From Marsupella aquatica (Eukaryota; Plantae; Marchantiophyta): a stretch of 64,000 nt of DNA. The notes beneath the pieces were generated by a model that was not told the origin of the DNA, made no database searches, and saw nothing but the letters and a program-made list of their open reading frames with translations. Shown one piece after another: positions 1-11,304 of the stretch (position 1 is its first letter; each line of letters begins with the position of its first letter). The stretch lies in contig OZ316892.1 of assembly GCA_973895155.1 (NCBI GenBank), forward strand, positions 19,011,457-19,075,456, in the 5' to 3' direction. The translations under genes were made by a program, and so were the position numbers.

Positions 1-106
1 ATTCAGGGAACGTACACTAAAAAACAAAGTTTACATGTAGGGACAGTACACTAAAAAATAGTACATAGTGTAGCATAAATTACATAGCTAGGCCATTCAT
101 TCTTAC

Positions 107-2281
107 CAAACGTTTAGCTGTCGGTGCAGTGCCGGTCCTTCCTGTCAGATTAGGGTTCTGAACACTCAACCTGGCCTCGGTCATCTGTGAACTCTTCTTT
201 TTTGAAGCATCTGTTACAAAATAAGCTACTAACCTTGCCCACACTTTATCATCACAACTGGCTGGTGGAGGCATATCTGGCTTCTCCCCACCTTCCTTCC
301 AAGCCTTATGCATTCTCCACCTCTCTTGCTTGATAATTTTACCTGCTGTACTCTCTAGGCAACCTATGTCCACGCCATCATCACTGCCCACATAATTCCA
401 TTTGGCAGCAACATTTTCACATACAGTCTTCCAATCTTTTGGATGCTGTTTTTTAAAATTAATAACACTCACATCTAACCAACGCAATACTTCAGCTTTC
501 AAATCAGCATGCCATCGGTTCTTGCGAGGACACTCAGCATCCACCCATTGTCTCTCATTCAACTTTACGTTCCCTTTCTTTGTCACCTCCCCTCGTGCAC
601 TGCTCTCGGTAGTACTGGGCGTTGTATTGGCCACCCCTTCATTCACCCTACCTGGGGTTCTGAAGCCACCTGGGAAAATACAATGCCATTCATGCTTGAG
701 AACTACATATAGCAGAATGGATGACGGCAACATTCAATGCTTCACTTCAAGAAAAATTCTTCAAACATACATACCTGTAGCTCTGCCTGTAGATGCCTGT
801 GCAGGGACTGCACTCTGAAATTGTTGCGACCCTGGACCACCTGTCCAGCCTAGTACAGGGGCCGGATGATGTCACTTTCTAGGTATGTGTGTGCAAACAT
901 ATGTACTGAAAACTAAGTACAAACTGTAGGAAAACAACTGAACATTCACCGACATACCTGTCCCCCTTCCGTGCTGCATCTGCATAGGGGCATTAGTGAA
1001 TACTTGAGTCGATGGTTCGACTGTCCAACCTGCACACATACATTTTCTATCATTATACATGTGCAGAGTCCCCCCCACGTGAATGGACTCCACATATAAT
1101 GAGTTCTTCCATTGCTGACAAGATCAGACATTACCTGCTCCTCTTCCAGCGTTTGTAGGTACTGAATTTTGATATCCCTGCCAATTACCTTCACCACCTT
1201 CCCAACCTTGTTCATTCCACGACCCACCACCATCCTCCCAACCTGGTTCAACCCATGTCTGTCCTTGTGGACATTGGAACTGATCATTACTAGCATTTGC
1301 CCAATCAGGTTGGGCAGAATCTGCATGCAATGGCAGGTGGACAGAATTTCATGTTGTCTGAATCCAATACATCCCAAACAATGTCAAAAATTGATATGCA
1401 GTCTGAAATTCAGGAGTGCCATGCCTTCACAAAGAACTGGCATATAGATATATACTCACATCCCCACGGTTGAGGTGGACGTCCATACCCACGAGATTGT
1501 GGGTTTGGACCTGCTCTGCCTCTACCACGGGCATAACCTAGAGCTTGCCCCCTGCCATAGTATTGGGCACCAGCCTGGGATCTACCACTACTACCACCTC
1601 GCCAACCTTGATCAGAGGTCAGCCCCCCCTGCTGGTATGGTGCATGCACAGGCTTCGAAGGCAAAACAGAACTGGCAGGACGCTGCATCACATCACCAAC
1701 TACAATGTCAGGAACTAAGCAAGGTACATATGTGTAGTACTGAACATATGAAACCTCTAAACAAGAGTTTTTAACTCAAAACCTTGTTGGGAAAACTACT
1801 TACATGTTTCTTTTGGGGCTGCTCTGCAATGTATTCATCTTCATAACCCCCATCCTCATCCATTTCCTCTGGAAAATACTCATCATCTGCATCTTCTTGT
1901 CTAGTGTCTGCACCCACCTGTGCAGCATCAATGTCATCTCCACATTCTGCCATTGTAGGTACGACCTTCTTGCTCAACCTGTCACTCCGACGCACAGGCC
2001 CAGAGATAGTGCTGGTCACCCTTCTTGCGTACTCCTTTTGTTTCTTTGAAAATGCTGTGGCTCTGCGACATTCCAATATGAGAATACAGTCACAATTTCA
2101 GTGCCACATTGAACTATTCATGTCACACAAACTCAGCGGAGGGGTGTAGTTGAGAATCGTTCCCTTACAATTCAGCCACATCCTTTTCCAGATCCAGTTC
2201 TGCGATTTTGGCTTTCACGTATGCTCGTTGTTCCATAGCTTTCCTTTCATACTCACACATCTCTGTGTCACTCTGTTCCAT
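107..2281 (-). CDS. CACTA TnpA/TNP1-like (Transposase_24-type) protein, multi-exon, 3' end outside the window
   Basis: The exon at about 107-670 has the Ptta/En/Spm-like motif W-x-x-LVAYF...KKSSQMTEAR...NLTGRTG and ends at a GTAAG donor at 106. Upstream there is a likely start exon (MEQSDTEMCEYERK..., ATG 2281), an acidic exon (about 1805-2070) and several short Gln/Gly-rich exons with canonical splice sites. Internal exon boundaries are approximate. Confidence 0.7.
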
Positions 2282-2437
2282 CCTACTGGACCACAAAAAC
2301 ATGTCATCTATGGTCACCCCGTATAACACAATGCAACCACAATCACCAGGCATCCATCCATACATCTGTGTTGCTTCAGAATTACTTTATTACACATCCT
2401 TCCCCTCACTAATGTCTATGCAAACAATTCACATTAC

Positions 2438-5400
2438 TCATGGCACAGGCACACTGTTGGCATCTGCATCTCTGAATTCGCCTCCTTCAGCAAATGCATC
2501 TACCCTTGTCACAGGAATGAAGTCCCCGCTATCATGAACTACAGGCACTTGGTCTGAACGCCGACGATCAAAGGCACTATGAGAGTGTAAATGAAACTCA
2601 AGGTTTGATCCTTCCATCCGGCGTTGCCTGGCCTGTTTATGACACACTACACGCCAACCTGGGGAGTCTTCCACATCCAGGAAGAAAGCTTGCTCCACCT
2701 GACTAGGAAACACAAATGGCTCAGACCATTCGGGCAATTTCCCTCTGAAATTGGCCAGCAAGAAACCGTCGTTGTCTCTCTTCATGGTAGCCCTGTTACC
2801 AAGCCAATCCTGCCGCACCCATGAACCTTTCATAAGAATCACAGGACTGGACACCGCCCCATAGTCCAGAGCCCATATGTCAACTAATTCTCCCACATAT
2901 CCCATCTCCATCCAGGCCCTGTCGTGATTGTGGCTCTGTTGCTCAAATACAGTGATGAGCCCGCAGTCATTCGTCACCCTGTAGGCACTGTCACCATCCT
3001 TCACTCGGAAGTGATTCCCATATGCTCTCATCCGTTTGTAAGTCTTCACTTTCAGGCTAGGGGCATTAGACAGTAGGTAAACATCTGCATCCATGTCTGG
3101 GTGGGTCTCGTGATGCTCTCTAATTGCCACTCTGATCCACTCCATGAAACCTGGAAAAGTTGTTCCTGCAGTGGGATGGGCCGCCTTCAATGACTCATAC
3201 TCCCTGAACGAACAACCACACAGCATTAGCTTGGGTAAACATGAACAGGCTGAAGGAGAAAACCACACGAACACAACATTTAAGCTCATGAACTGGATTA
3301 TAGCACATGTATGCACTCACTGTATCCAGGGTTCCATCACCACAGTGTTGTGCAATACAAAGTCATGTGCCAAGTCTCTCATAGATATGGTCAGGTTCTT
3401 TGTGGTTGCAGCCCCTTCCAGTACTTCACCTACCACCCCTTCCTCCTCATCAGAATTCCACACCCTGGTCTTCACATGCTCATATTGTGCTATGTATTCG
3501 GTCAGAAATCCCAGAGTCTCATCCTTGATGTAACCTTTAGCCATGCTTGCTTCAGGTTTGTAATATGTTCTCACGTGACCTTTGAGTAGCTTCATGTACC
3601 GTTCCAAAGGGTACAACCAACGAGCACTCACAGGCCCAAATTGGTGTAGCTCTTCCACAACATGGACAAGTAGGTGGGTCATGACATCAAAAAATGCGGG
3701 AGGAAAATAAATCTCCAGGTCACACAGCACCTGAGCGACATCTTCTGTCAGTTGTGGGAAGTGTGTTTCATCCCAAACCTTCACACAAATACGACGAAAC
3801 ACATCACTGAGTCGCATGATCACAGTACGAACAGGCTTCTGCAACAGGCCCCTCAGGCATAAAGGCAACACCTGTTGCATCAACATATGGTAGTCATGGC
3901 TTTTCATACTACCAAGCTTTCTAGTCATGATATGCTTCTTGAAAGCACTGCCATAGTTTGAAGGAACCTTCAAAGAACTCAACCTCTGCACAAATAGTTC
4001 CCACTCTGTGTCTGTCAGAACATAGGGCGCTTGGTACTTCAAGAGCACATCAGCTCTGTGGGCATGTGGCCTCAACCAAAGATGGGGTTTCATTCCCCTC
4101 TGTTCAAGATCCAATCTCACTGAACCAGTGTCTTTCTCTCCACACAAGAATCTGAGTAGACTCTCACAAATATTCTTTTCAATGTGCATAACATCAATGT
4201 TATGTTTGCTTGGCTCAAACTCCTGCATCGTTGCAATGCAAAAGCGTCAGGAAATGCCTCAAGTTTAGTCTCTCTCTTCGAAATGAATGCACATGCTCTG
4301 AACCAAAACATGTATCCCAATTAGCATCAACTCCAAGAGGCTTACCCTCCAGTACTTGAGCTCCAAGTCCAATATGCTCAGTCTTTTTACACCATATCGC
4401 TTTATTGGATCACTCACTCCATCTTCCCTGCCCCCTCGTTTGATATAGTCATCCCTCAGTGCTCCCCACTGCCTGATCTCCTCTTTGGTCACTCGTGCCG
4501 GGGGTCCACGTTGCTCAATCTCATTGCCAAAGTGTGCAATCAGTGCCTGTCTTTCTCTGTAAGGGTGATCTGTCTTCAGAAAACGACGATGGCCCATGTA
4601 TATCACTTTCTGCAGGGCTCTGGAGTACTCACTGGTGACATTGCGCCCACAGATAGTACAAGCACAATATCCTTTTGTTGTTTGGCCTGATATCATCCCA
4701 TGGGCTGGGTAGTCAGCTATAGTCAGAATGACAATGGCTCTAAGGATGAATGGGTTTAACCTCCCAAGCCTCTGTAGGACATCATATGTGAGAACTCCTT
4801 CCTCCCAAAGCTTTCTCAATTCCTCCACTAGGGGAGCCAGAAACACATCTATGTTGGCAGATACAGCACTGTCTGGCCCTGGTATCAGTAGGACCATCAG
4901 AACAAAAAATCGCTTTGTAGTCATCCAAGGAGGAAGGTTATAATTCAAAATAGTTACAGGCCAGCATGAAAATTTGTTGTTCTTGTCTCCAAATGGGTTT
5001 ACCCCATCCAATGACAGCCCAAGTCTGACATTCCTCGGCTCAGCAGCAAATTCGGGATACATCTCATCTATGAGTTTCCATTGCCTTGAATCTGCAGCAT
5101 GTCGTTGTAGCCCATCATCACTTTTCTTGTCAGTTGCCCAAGTCATCATCTCCGAGATGGCACGGCTTCTGAACATCCGCTGAAGTCTGGGAATGAGTGG
5201 AAAATGACGAAGTACCTTGGCGGGAACCATAGACTTTCCTGAGTTCCGATACCTGTGCTTCCCACACTTAGGGCATGTCAACGATTCTTTATACTCCTTT
5301 CTGAAAAGAACATGCCCATCAGGACAGGCATGGATCGAATCATAGTTCAATCCAAGATTAGATATGCATCTTTTTGCCTCGTACATGTTCTTGGGCAAAA

Positions 5401-6169
5401 TATTACCATCTGGTAGCACAGTTGTTCGCAAGAATGCCAACAACTCAGAAACCAAAACGTTGGGGACATTGTGGTTGCCGCAAATGTTCAGGAACATGAT
5501 GACAAATCCCAGTTTAGAACATTTGCTACCGGGGTACAAAGACTTCCTGCCTTCCTGTATTTGCAGGGGAGAGCCAAACATCCCATCATGCCCAGGGGTT
5601 TCCTGCCCTATCTCAAACTCATCAAGAGGCTCTTCGACAGGGGGCACACTTGCATCTGCAGCCGTATCCTCTTCATTGTCCAGCCCATCATGAAATGCAT
5701 CCAAGTCTTGGAAGATGTCTCTCACCATCTCTTCCACATGAATTCCTTCGTCACGTGGTGCTGCCTGAGCACCATCCCGTTGGAGAGCTGACAACCCACA
5801 GAGACCAGCTACAACATTTTCAAATGCACCAGGCAGAACCTCACTTGCCCGTCTTGCAGCATTGGCAGCATCAAATTCTAACCTCCACTCCTCGTCGGAA
5901 GAATCTTCCTCTGCAGGATCATTCCAAACTCGATGTCGTGGATCTCTTCCATGAACCGCGATATGCCGCCAAACCTCATTCAGACCCCTGGTACGGGATC
6001 CTTGGCAGATTGCACAAGGACATCTCATCCTACTGGCTCCTGAAAGTCTGGTTCGTAACCTTTCACGCTGCCAAAGCTTATTATCATGGCGTGATATCCT
6101 TGTGGGATGATGCAAAGGCAGTGCCTGTGCCCTGGGCTGGGTCTGGGGAGGGTGGTGACCAGGGTGCAT
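2438..6169 (-). CDS. CACTA TnpD/Tnp2-type transposase, 3 exons: complement(join(2438..3203,3321..4222,4346..6169)), about 1163 aa
   Basis: Motifs include N-terminal CPCAIC...H, YDSIHACPDGHVLF, CPKCGKHRY, LRHFPLIPRLQRMF, RNVRLGLSLDGVNPF, DYPAHGMISG, HNIDVMHIEKNICE, KSHDYHMLMQ, FFDVMTHLLVH, WLYPLERYMKLLK and EPFVFPSQVEQAFF. GT-AG introns at 4345-4223 and 3320-3204 join the three ORFs in frame with no stop. Confidence 0.93.
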
Positions 6170-6602
6170 TGTAACAGGCTGGGAGCTCTGCAGTCATGGA
6201 CAGCAGTGAACAAGGATGCCTAATGGTGGTATTTGTGTTCCATATATCCCTGACTGTATCTGCCAAAAGAGTTAACATAACGTGTACTAAATTCTCACAA
6301 ACCCTAAACCACCCCAAAAGAAAAAAACAGGTTCGCAAGTAGTGTACCTATTGTCAAGTGAATGACACAAAATTTCTAAATGTTGGAGGGTGTCACCACC
6401 TCCTCCGCTGTCCTCAAATGTACCGCCTCTGCATGTACGTTTACAGTGACACCCCCAGGCAGCAGGAAACAACAATCCGCCAACAGTAAAATAAGCCCAA
6501 CTGCCACCAACCATAACAAGGTACATTAGTTCAAAGATCACATTTATTTCAATGATCTGATTTATACAAAAAAACTTGTGTCCAAACTGATGCTACTACT
6601 CC

Positions 6603-7475
6603 TCACTCTGATTCAGAATCGCTAATGACCCATTCCTCACTTGTTGTCTCATAGTCCTCTCTGTAAGGATCCTGACCCTTCCGTGGCCAGGCCTCAAAAA
6701 GATCATAGTCCATTGGGTTTTGACGCTTCCCAGCTGCTACTGATTCCACAAGCCAAGCATATGAAACCACAAACACATTATGGGACATGACATAAAAGCG
6801 AATGTCTCCCTTCCCAAACTTGCGGCAGGCTTTGGGATATGACTTAGTAATGACATGAGTGGTGTCCTCTGTTATATTCTCCTCCACTGTCCCACCTAGG
6901 TCAAGCACTGTGGACTTGTACACTTTGCACTTAACCTCTCCAATTCCCGCCTCCACAAATACCATGCTCAGCCCTTTCAGAATGGGGGTTGGTTGCTTCG
7001 TCTCCTCAGCCAACATACTCTTCAGCCTTGTAGAGCTCTGTCCTTTGTTGAGTACAGGTCCATATTGGAGATCAGCAAGCCGTGCCTTTGCTTCCCAGAC
7101 TTCTTGTTCAGCCCAAGCTGATGCAGTAGCTTCTTCATCCTCCCACAACTCATATTGCTCAGTATCCTGTACAATCTTATGTGCTATGGAATCTGTGATC
7201 CAAGAGGCCTCAACTACTTTTAGGCCTTGCTTAGTAATTGCAGAATTCATGTAGGACCATGACCACTTCTTTATCACTGATAGCCATGTCCCTGCAACAA
7301 CATGTGTAGTCTCTGGAGTGATGTCCTGAACTACAGTGCCATGGAGCTCAGAGAATCGTTTCTGTACAGTTGGCCAATGCACTTTGGTCAACCCATGCTG
7401 GCCATGGACCAAAATCGCTCTGACCCCTGTAAACACTGCTGGGTGGTCACACTTTCTACGTTTACCAGGCTCCAT
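6603..7475 (-). CDS. Tandem BRCT-domain protein (two Pol lambda/PolX-like BRCT repeats), transposon cargo
   Basis: Intact intronless ORF of about 290 aa (ATG 7475). It has two repeats with BRCT hallmarks: FTGVRAILV...GTVVQDITPETTHVVA...SWITDSI...YEL and LKGLSMVFVEAGIG...LGGTVEENITEDTTHVIT...AWLVESVAAG...YDL. The C-terminal tail is acidic. Confidence 0.8.
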   Translation of the reverse strand: MEPGKRRKCDHPAVFTGVRAILVHGQHGLTKVHWPTVQKRFSELHGTVVQDITPETTHVVAGTWLSVIKKWSWSYMNSAITKQGLKVVEASWITDSIAHKIVQDTEQYELWEDEEATASAWAEQEVWEAKARLADLQYGPVLNKGQSSTRLKSMLAEETKQPTPILKGLSMVFVEAGIGEVKCKVYKSTVLDLGGTVEENITEDTTHVITKSYPKACRKFGKGDIRFYVMSHNVFVVSYAWLVESVAAGKRQNPMDYDLFEAWPRKGQDPYREDYETTSEEWVISDSESE

Positions 7476-8067
7476 GTACACACACCCTACGTGATGACAG
7501 TGAATTTTGGAAGAATGGGTTCACCTGACAATACAAGGACAACAAAATTCCTGCTTTTTGAGTTGATCTGGCCCACTGGTGCTCAGGTCCGATTTTGATA
7601 GGTACAAGGGATATGTGAACAATACGTACTAGGCACCTGCACGGATGCAGGACATTGTTTGAATATATACTACAAAATCCATATCCGTGGTGAAATGAAG
7701 TGCAACCAACTTGTCATGGCACATACATATTTTGTTGTAAAGGAGGATACATTCAATGACAAACTTATAGGGCAATTTGATTAATTGCATGCCTGATAAT
7801 TTATACGCTTACAACTTAGAAGTCCTGTTTTAATTTAGCAGTGTGATGAAAGTGTTTATGAAAATGACCACTCAGCCTAAATACTTCCAAGAAGGCTTGT
7901 AAGGATAAGTTTGTATAGGCATGTACCCAGCCACTGACGCCAGAGCACAAGATAAGTGCTGCCTATATAAACTCGCCTACCCAACTCCTTTTCAAAATTG
8001 GAATCTCTGCAATCTCAAAAAATAGTACATCCACATCAGGTGCACTGTGCATGTACAATGTTCAGCT

Positions 8068-8748
8068 TCACAGCCAAGATATGTGATCTCTCACAGGAGT
8101 GCGCGAGGTAGGATCAATGGCATGGCGATGACAATAAAATATCCATCGATCAACACCATGTGCAGAGTGATCATAGATTTCTCTGTCACAAGCATAACCC
8201 TCTGCTTGATGATCTTTCAGGCAATGATAGTGCCACATAGTGGGACACCTAGCACAGTGGACTATGTCAGTCCAGTAGTCATCATCATGCTCACCACATG
8301 CCTTGCACCTATGAAGTGGGCAAGCTGTGGCATGAGCAGGCAAACACTCAAAACAGAAAAATCTCACACAAAAACGGTCTGGACATTTCCTAACATTTGC
8401 TGCAGCATCAACAGAGCCCTCATAGGACCCCAACTTCCCACACTGTGCACACTTAGCCTGCTTCTCCAAACAATCAGTGCACATCCAGTCTCCCTGGTGT
8501 GTTGACGGGAGGCCCACCCCTGGACAGTTGTTTTCTGCAGCAAGGTCAGACTCCGGGTTGAGGTGGAAATGCCTCATGCAAGGGCCCTCACAAATGACCA
8601 GGCCCCCACCATCGTCACAAATGGCACAACAATGAGCTGCCTTCTGGAAAATCTGACTTGCAGAGAAGTTAGTAGCATCTGCCCCAAGTACACCTGTGTT
8701 TCTCACCTCTGTCACACGCTTTTTGGCTTGAATTTTAGGCCGTGCCAT
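8068..8748 (-). CDS. Stand-alone composite PHD-finger protein, EDM2-like, transposon cargo
   Basis: Intact intronless 226-aa ORF: CAICDDGGGLVICEGPCMRHFH...WMCTDC..KCAQCGKLGS...CPLHRCKAC...CARCPTMWHYHCL...IFYCHRHAID...TPVRDHI. This follows the order and spacing of the EDM2 PHD region as I recall it (CAICDNGG..CEGSCLRSFH...CPLHKC...CRRCPKSYHRKCL...IYCQEHEID...TPVRDHV). Confidence 0.82.
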   Translation of the reverse strand: MARPKIQAKKRVTEVRNTGVLGADATNFSASQIFQKAAHCCAICDDGGGLVICEGPCMRHFHLNPESDLAAENNCPGVGLPSTHQGDWMCTDCLEKQAKCAQCGKLGSYEGSVDAAANVRKCPDRFCVRFFCFECLPAHATACPLHRCKACGEHDDDYWTDIVHCARCPTMWHYHCLKDHQAEGYACDREIYDHSAHGVDRWIFYCHRHAIDPTSRTPVRDHISWL

Positions 8749-8759
8749 GCCTGCGCATG

Positions 8760-8903
8760 AGATAGACTCTACAATTTAGCAGACTGCACAGAAAGTAATA
8801 TATATTTAGCATTTAAGGTACAAAGGCATTTAGATAGACTCTACAATTTAGCAGACTGCACAGAAAGTAAAATATATTTAGCATTTAAGGTACAAAGGCA
8901 TTT
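8760..8903. repeat. 72-bp tandem duplication directly upstream of the PHD ORF
   Basis: AGATAGACTCTACAATTTAGCAGACTGCACAGAAAGTAA...AAAGGCATTT starts at 8760 and again at 8832, near-identical. Confidence 0.95.
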
Positions 8904-9518
8904 GCTACTGCAATGAATTGGAATGGCCACACAAGGATGCAGAGCACACATACTTTTGGTATGTTGAGCCCACACACAAAACTGATCCCCTAATACAATT
9001 TCTCCACCAACACCTCAATTTTAATTGTGGCTATGATTCACCAAAGGAGATCTGCAACAACATTTCATGCATTTGAATCACATACAATAGTCGTGACATG
9101 TAAAACAGGCATTCTTCGAAGAGGATTGGTATGAAGTAGTGTCATAAGGGTTGAAATTTATACATCCTAAATAGGTTATGATAGTGGCTGAGACAAATAA
9201 GTGAGGCATAAATCATTTTGCATATTATCACATGGCCCATTAATTCATTCAACGTTGCAATGTTCACCAGGTTAAAGCAGTCATGAAAGCAGTCTTTCAA
9301 TAGAGACTTTTATGCGAGTTTGCTAGCCTCTTAAATTAGGATATTTTGCTTAGTGCAGGCATAATAGGATATAAGTTATATACTGTTGACCCTAAACCCT
9401 GGACCCAAAATTGCTCATACATCAAAATTTTAAGTAAATATCCTCTGTGTTGAAGTCAGAGTGTTAAGCTATAGGTCAATGGTATCTGGTCTGTGCATGC
9501 GGTGTGACAAGTGGTCCT

Positions 9519-9968
9519 CTAGAGCATGTGATCCAAACATGTGTAGACACCAAAGTCACCGGTGGTGGGGTCTGGGAGGGCAGGACAAGTGACATCACCA
9601 GGCACACTGCAGGATGGCGAGTGGTTCCAAATGATACATTGTGCTCTATGCAAAAATCGGCATCCAAGAGAACGGTCATCCAATTCTGGGCCAGAAGCCC
9701 TACAGGCAGGACAGTCATATTGGCAACTGTGTACACACCCTTGGCACCTAATTTGTGGCGGGTCATGTACAAGAGACACAAATACCAAGGATGTCGGGAA
9801 GGGTACTGAAGCAAGTAGAGGCCGGCTGTAGTTGTTCCTGGAAACAACAGGGTACTCAAAGTACCATGCAGACTGGGCTGGAAGGATCCCAAGTCTGACA
9901 TACTCAAGGCGCAACATCTCTGCCTTGCGTGCAAGTCGCACATGTTCAGCGTTGCGGGTCCTCACCAT
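9519..9968 (-). CDS. Small Cys/His-rich putative zinc-finger (divergent PHD-like) protein, transposon cargo
   Basis: 149-aa ATG-initiated ORF co-oriented with the other cargo ORFs. It has a basic N-terminus (MVRTRN..RLARK) and the ligand pattern CQGC..CQYDCPAC...CRFLHRAQC...CLDH. Confidence 0.5.
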   Translation of the reverse strand: MVRTRNAEHVRLARKAEMLRLEYVRLGILPAQSAWYFEYPVVSRNNYSRPLLASVPFPTSLVFVSLVHDPPQIRCQGCVHSCQYDCPACRASGPELDDRSLGCRFLHRAQCIIWNHSPSCSVPGDVTCPALPDPTTGDFGVYTCLDHML

Positions 9969-10962
9969 AAGTGTTGCTTTTGTTGTGATGTCCTCTGTTC
10001 ACGTCCTTTGATGAGCAAGGTGAGCAGGAGGTCGACTTGCCTCGCCAACAGCAACCACCTAAACTAATCAGTTCCCACTCAACTACAGGTCATAGTATAC
10101 ACATAGCATGAAACGTGCATAGTACATATTTGATTCTGAGTTTATGAGTTTCCTAAGACAAAGAGCTTGGTGATAAACCCATATTCTCGATGGACATGTA
10201 TATCAATCGTATTAAAATCCTGTTTTTTCATCCAGAAAGACCGAAAGTCTCACCTTGCAGGTTGCAGCAGAGAGAAAATTCACTGGTTGTCGTGTTGTGC
10301 AAGTGAACCTCCACTGATGCCCCCGGTGTAGCCCCTCAGATGCAGGTGACACTTACCAACTCCCAAGTTGCCTGGTCTAACAGAAAATGCTTATATCTTC
10401 AGAACTTTATAGAGCAAGTACATGATCACATACTTCTGGATCTATTCATATTTGGAACTCTTGCCAACTACAACTCCCATTATGCACAAGCTCACATCAA
10501 CAGAGAAAGATACAGAATGCATACTTACTAGGCTCTAAGCACCTTCACTACCTTGTTGAACCCAGTCCTGAAGTCTTTTCAGCGTGTTTGTTGTGCTGTC
10601 TCCTTTGGCACCCAACACCTTAGTCCTTGATGTAACAGAATGCAATTTTACAAGTTAGATGCTTTGGAACCTTCTATGGTCTTAGCTGAATTGATGTCAT
10701 CGTAAGTGGTGAAAGACAAGGAAGACGAAAGCTGGTTGAAGAGCTGTAGACAACACACTAGCATGAAGTGCTTCAACCAATCCACTGCCAAACGGAACTC
10801 TTACACAGTCACATTCTTTCAGTAAACAGAAACTCAGTCAAACTTTATAATCAAAGTACAGACTCTGAAGGACCAAAGGAGGATGTTGTGAGTTTCTCTG
10901 TTGTTTAATGTGTTACCCTTCTAGTTTCGAAGTTAGCAAATGCTGAATAATGTGTCTACCAG

Positions 10963-11304
10963 ATCTTCGAAAAGAAGCCCACCACAATTAAGAACTTCGG
11001 TATCTGGGTGAGGTATCAGAGTCATACAGGTTATCCCAACATGTAGAAGAAATATCGTGATACCACATTGAACATCGCTGTAGAGCAGATGTATGATGAG
11101 ATGGCTTCTTGTCATAGAGTTCGGTTCCCTTGCATCCAGATCATCAAGACTACGACAGTCCCTGTCTCTCTGTGCAAGCGAGAAAGTACCAAGCAGTTCC
11201 ATGATTCAAAGATCAAGTTCCCCTTGACGTACCGCAAGATTCAACCTCCATCGCGAAAGCTAAAGACGACTTACAAGGCCACCAAGCCCAACACATTTGT
11301 TTGA
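10963..11304 (+). pseudogene. RPL18A: Captured 3' exon of 60S ribosomal protein L18a (eL20), inactivated
   Basis: Translates [62 protein letters not shown]...[29 protein letters not shown]. There is an in-frame TAG at 11044-11046. It is preceded by an acceptor-like CTACCAG, and I found no N-terminal exons. Confidence 0.92.
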
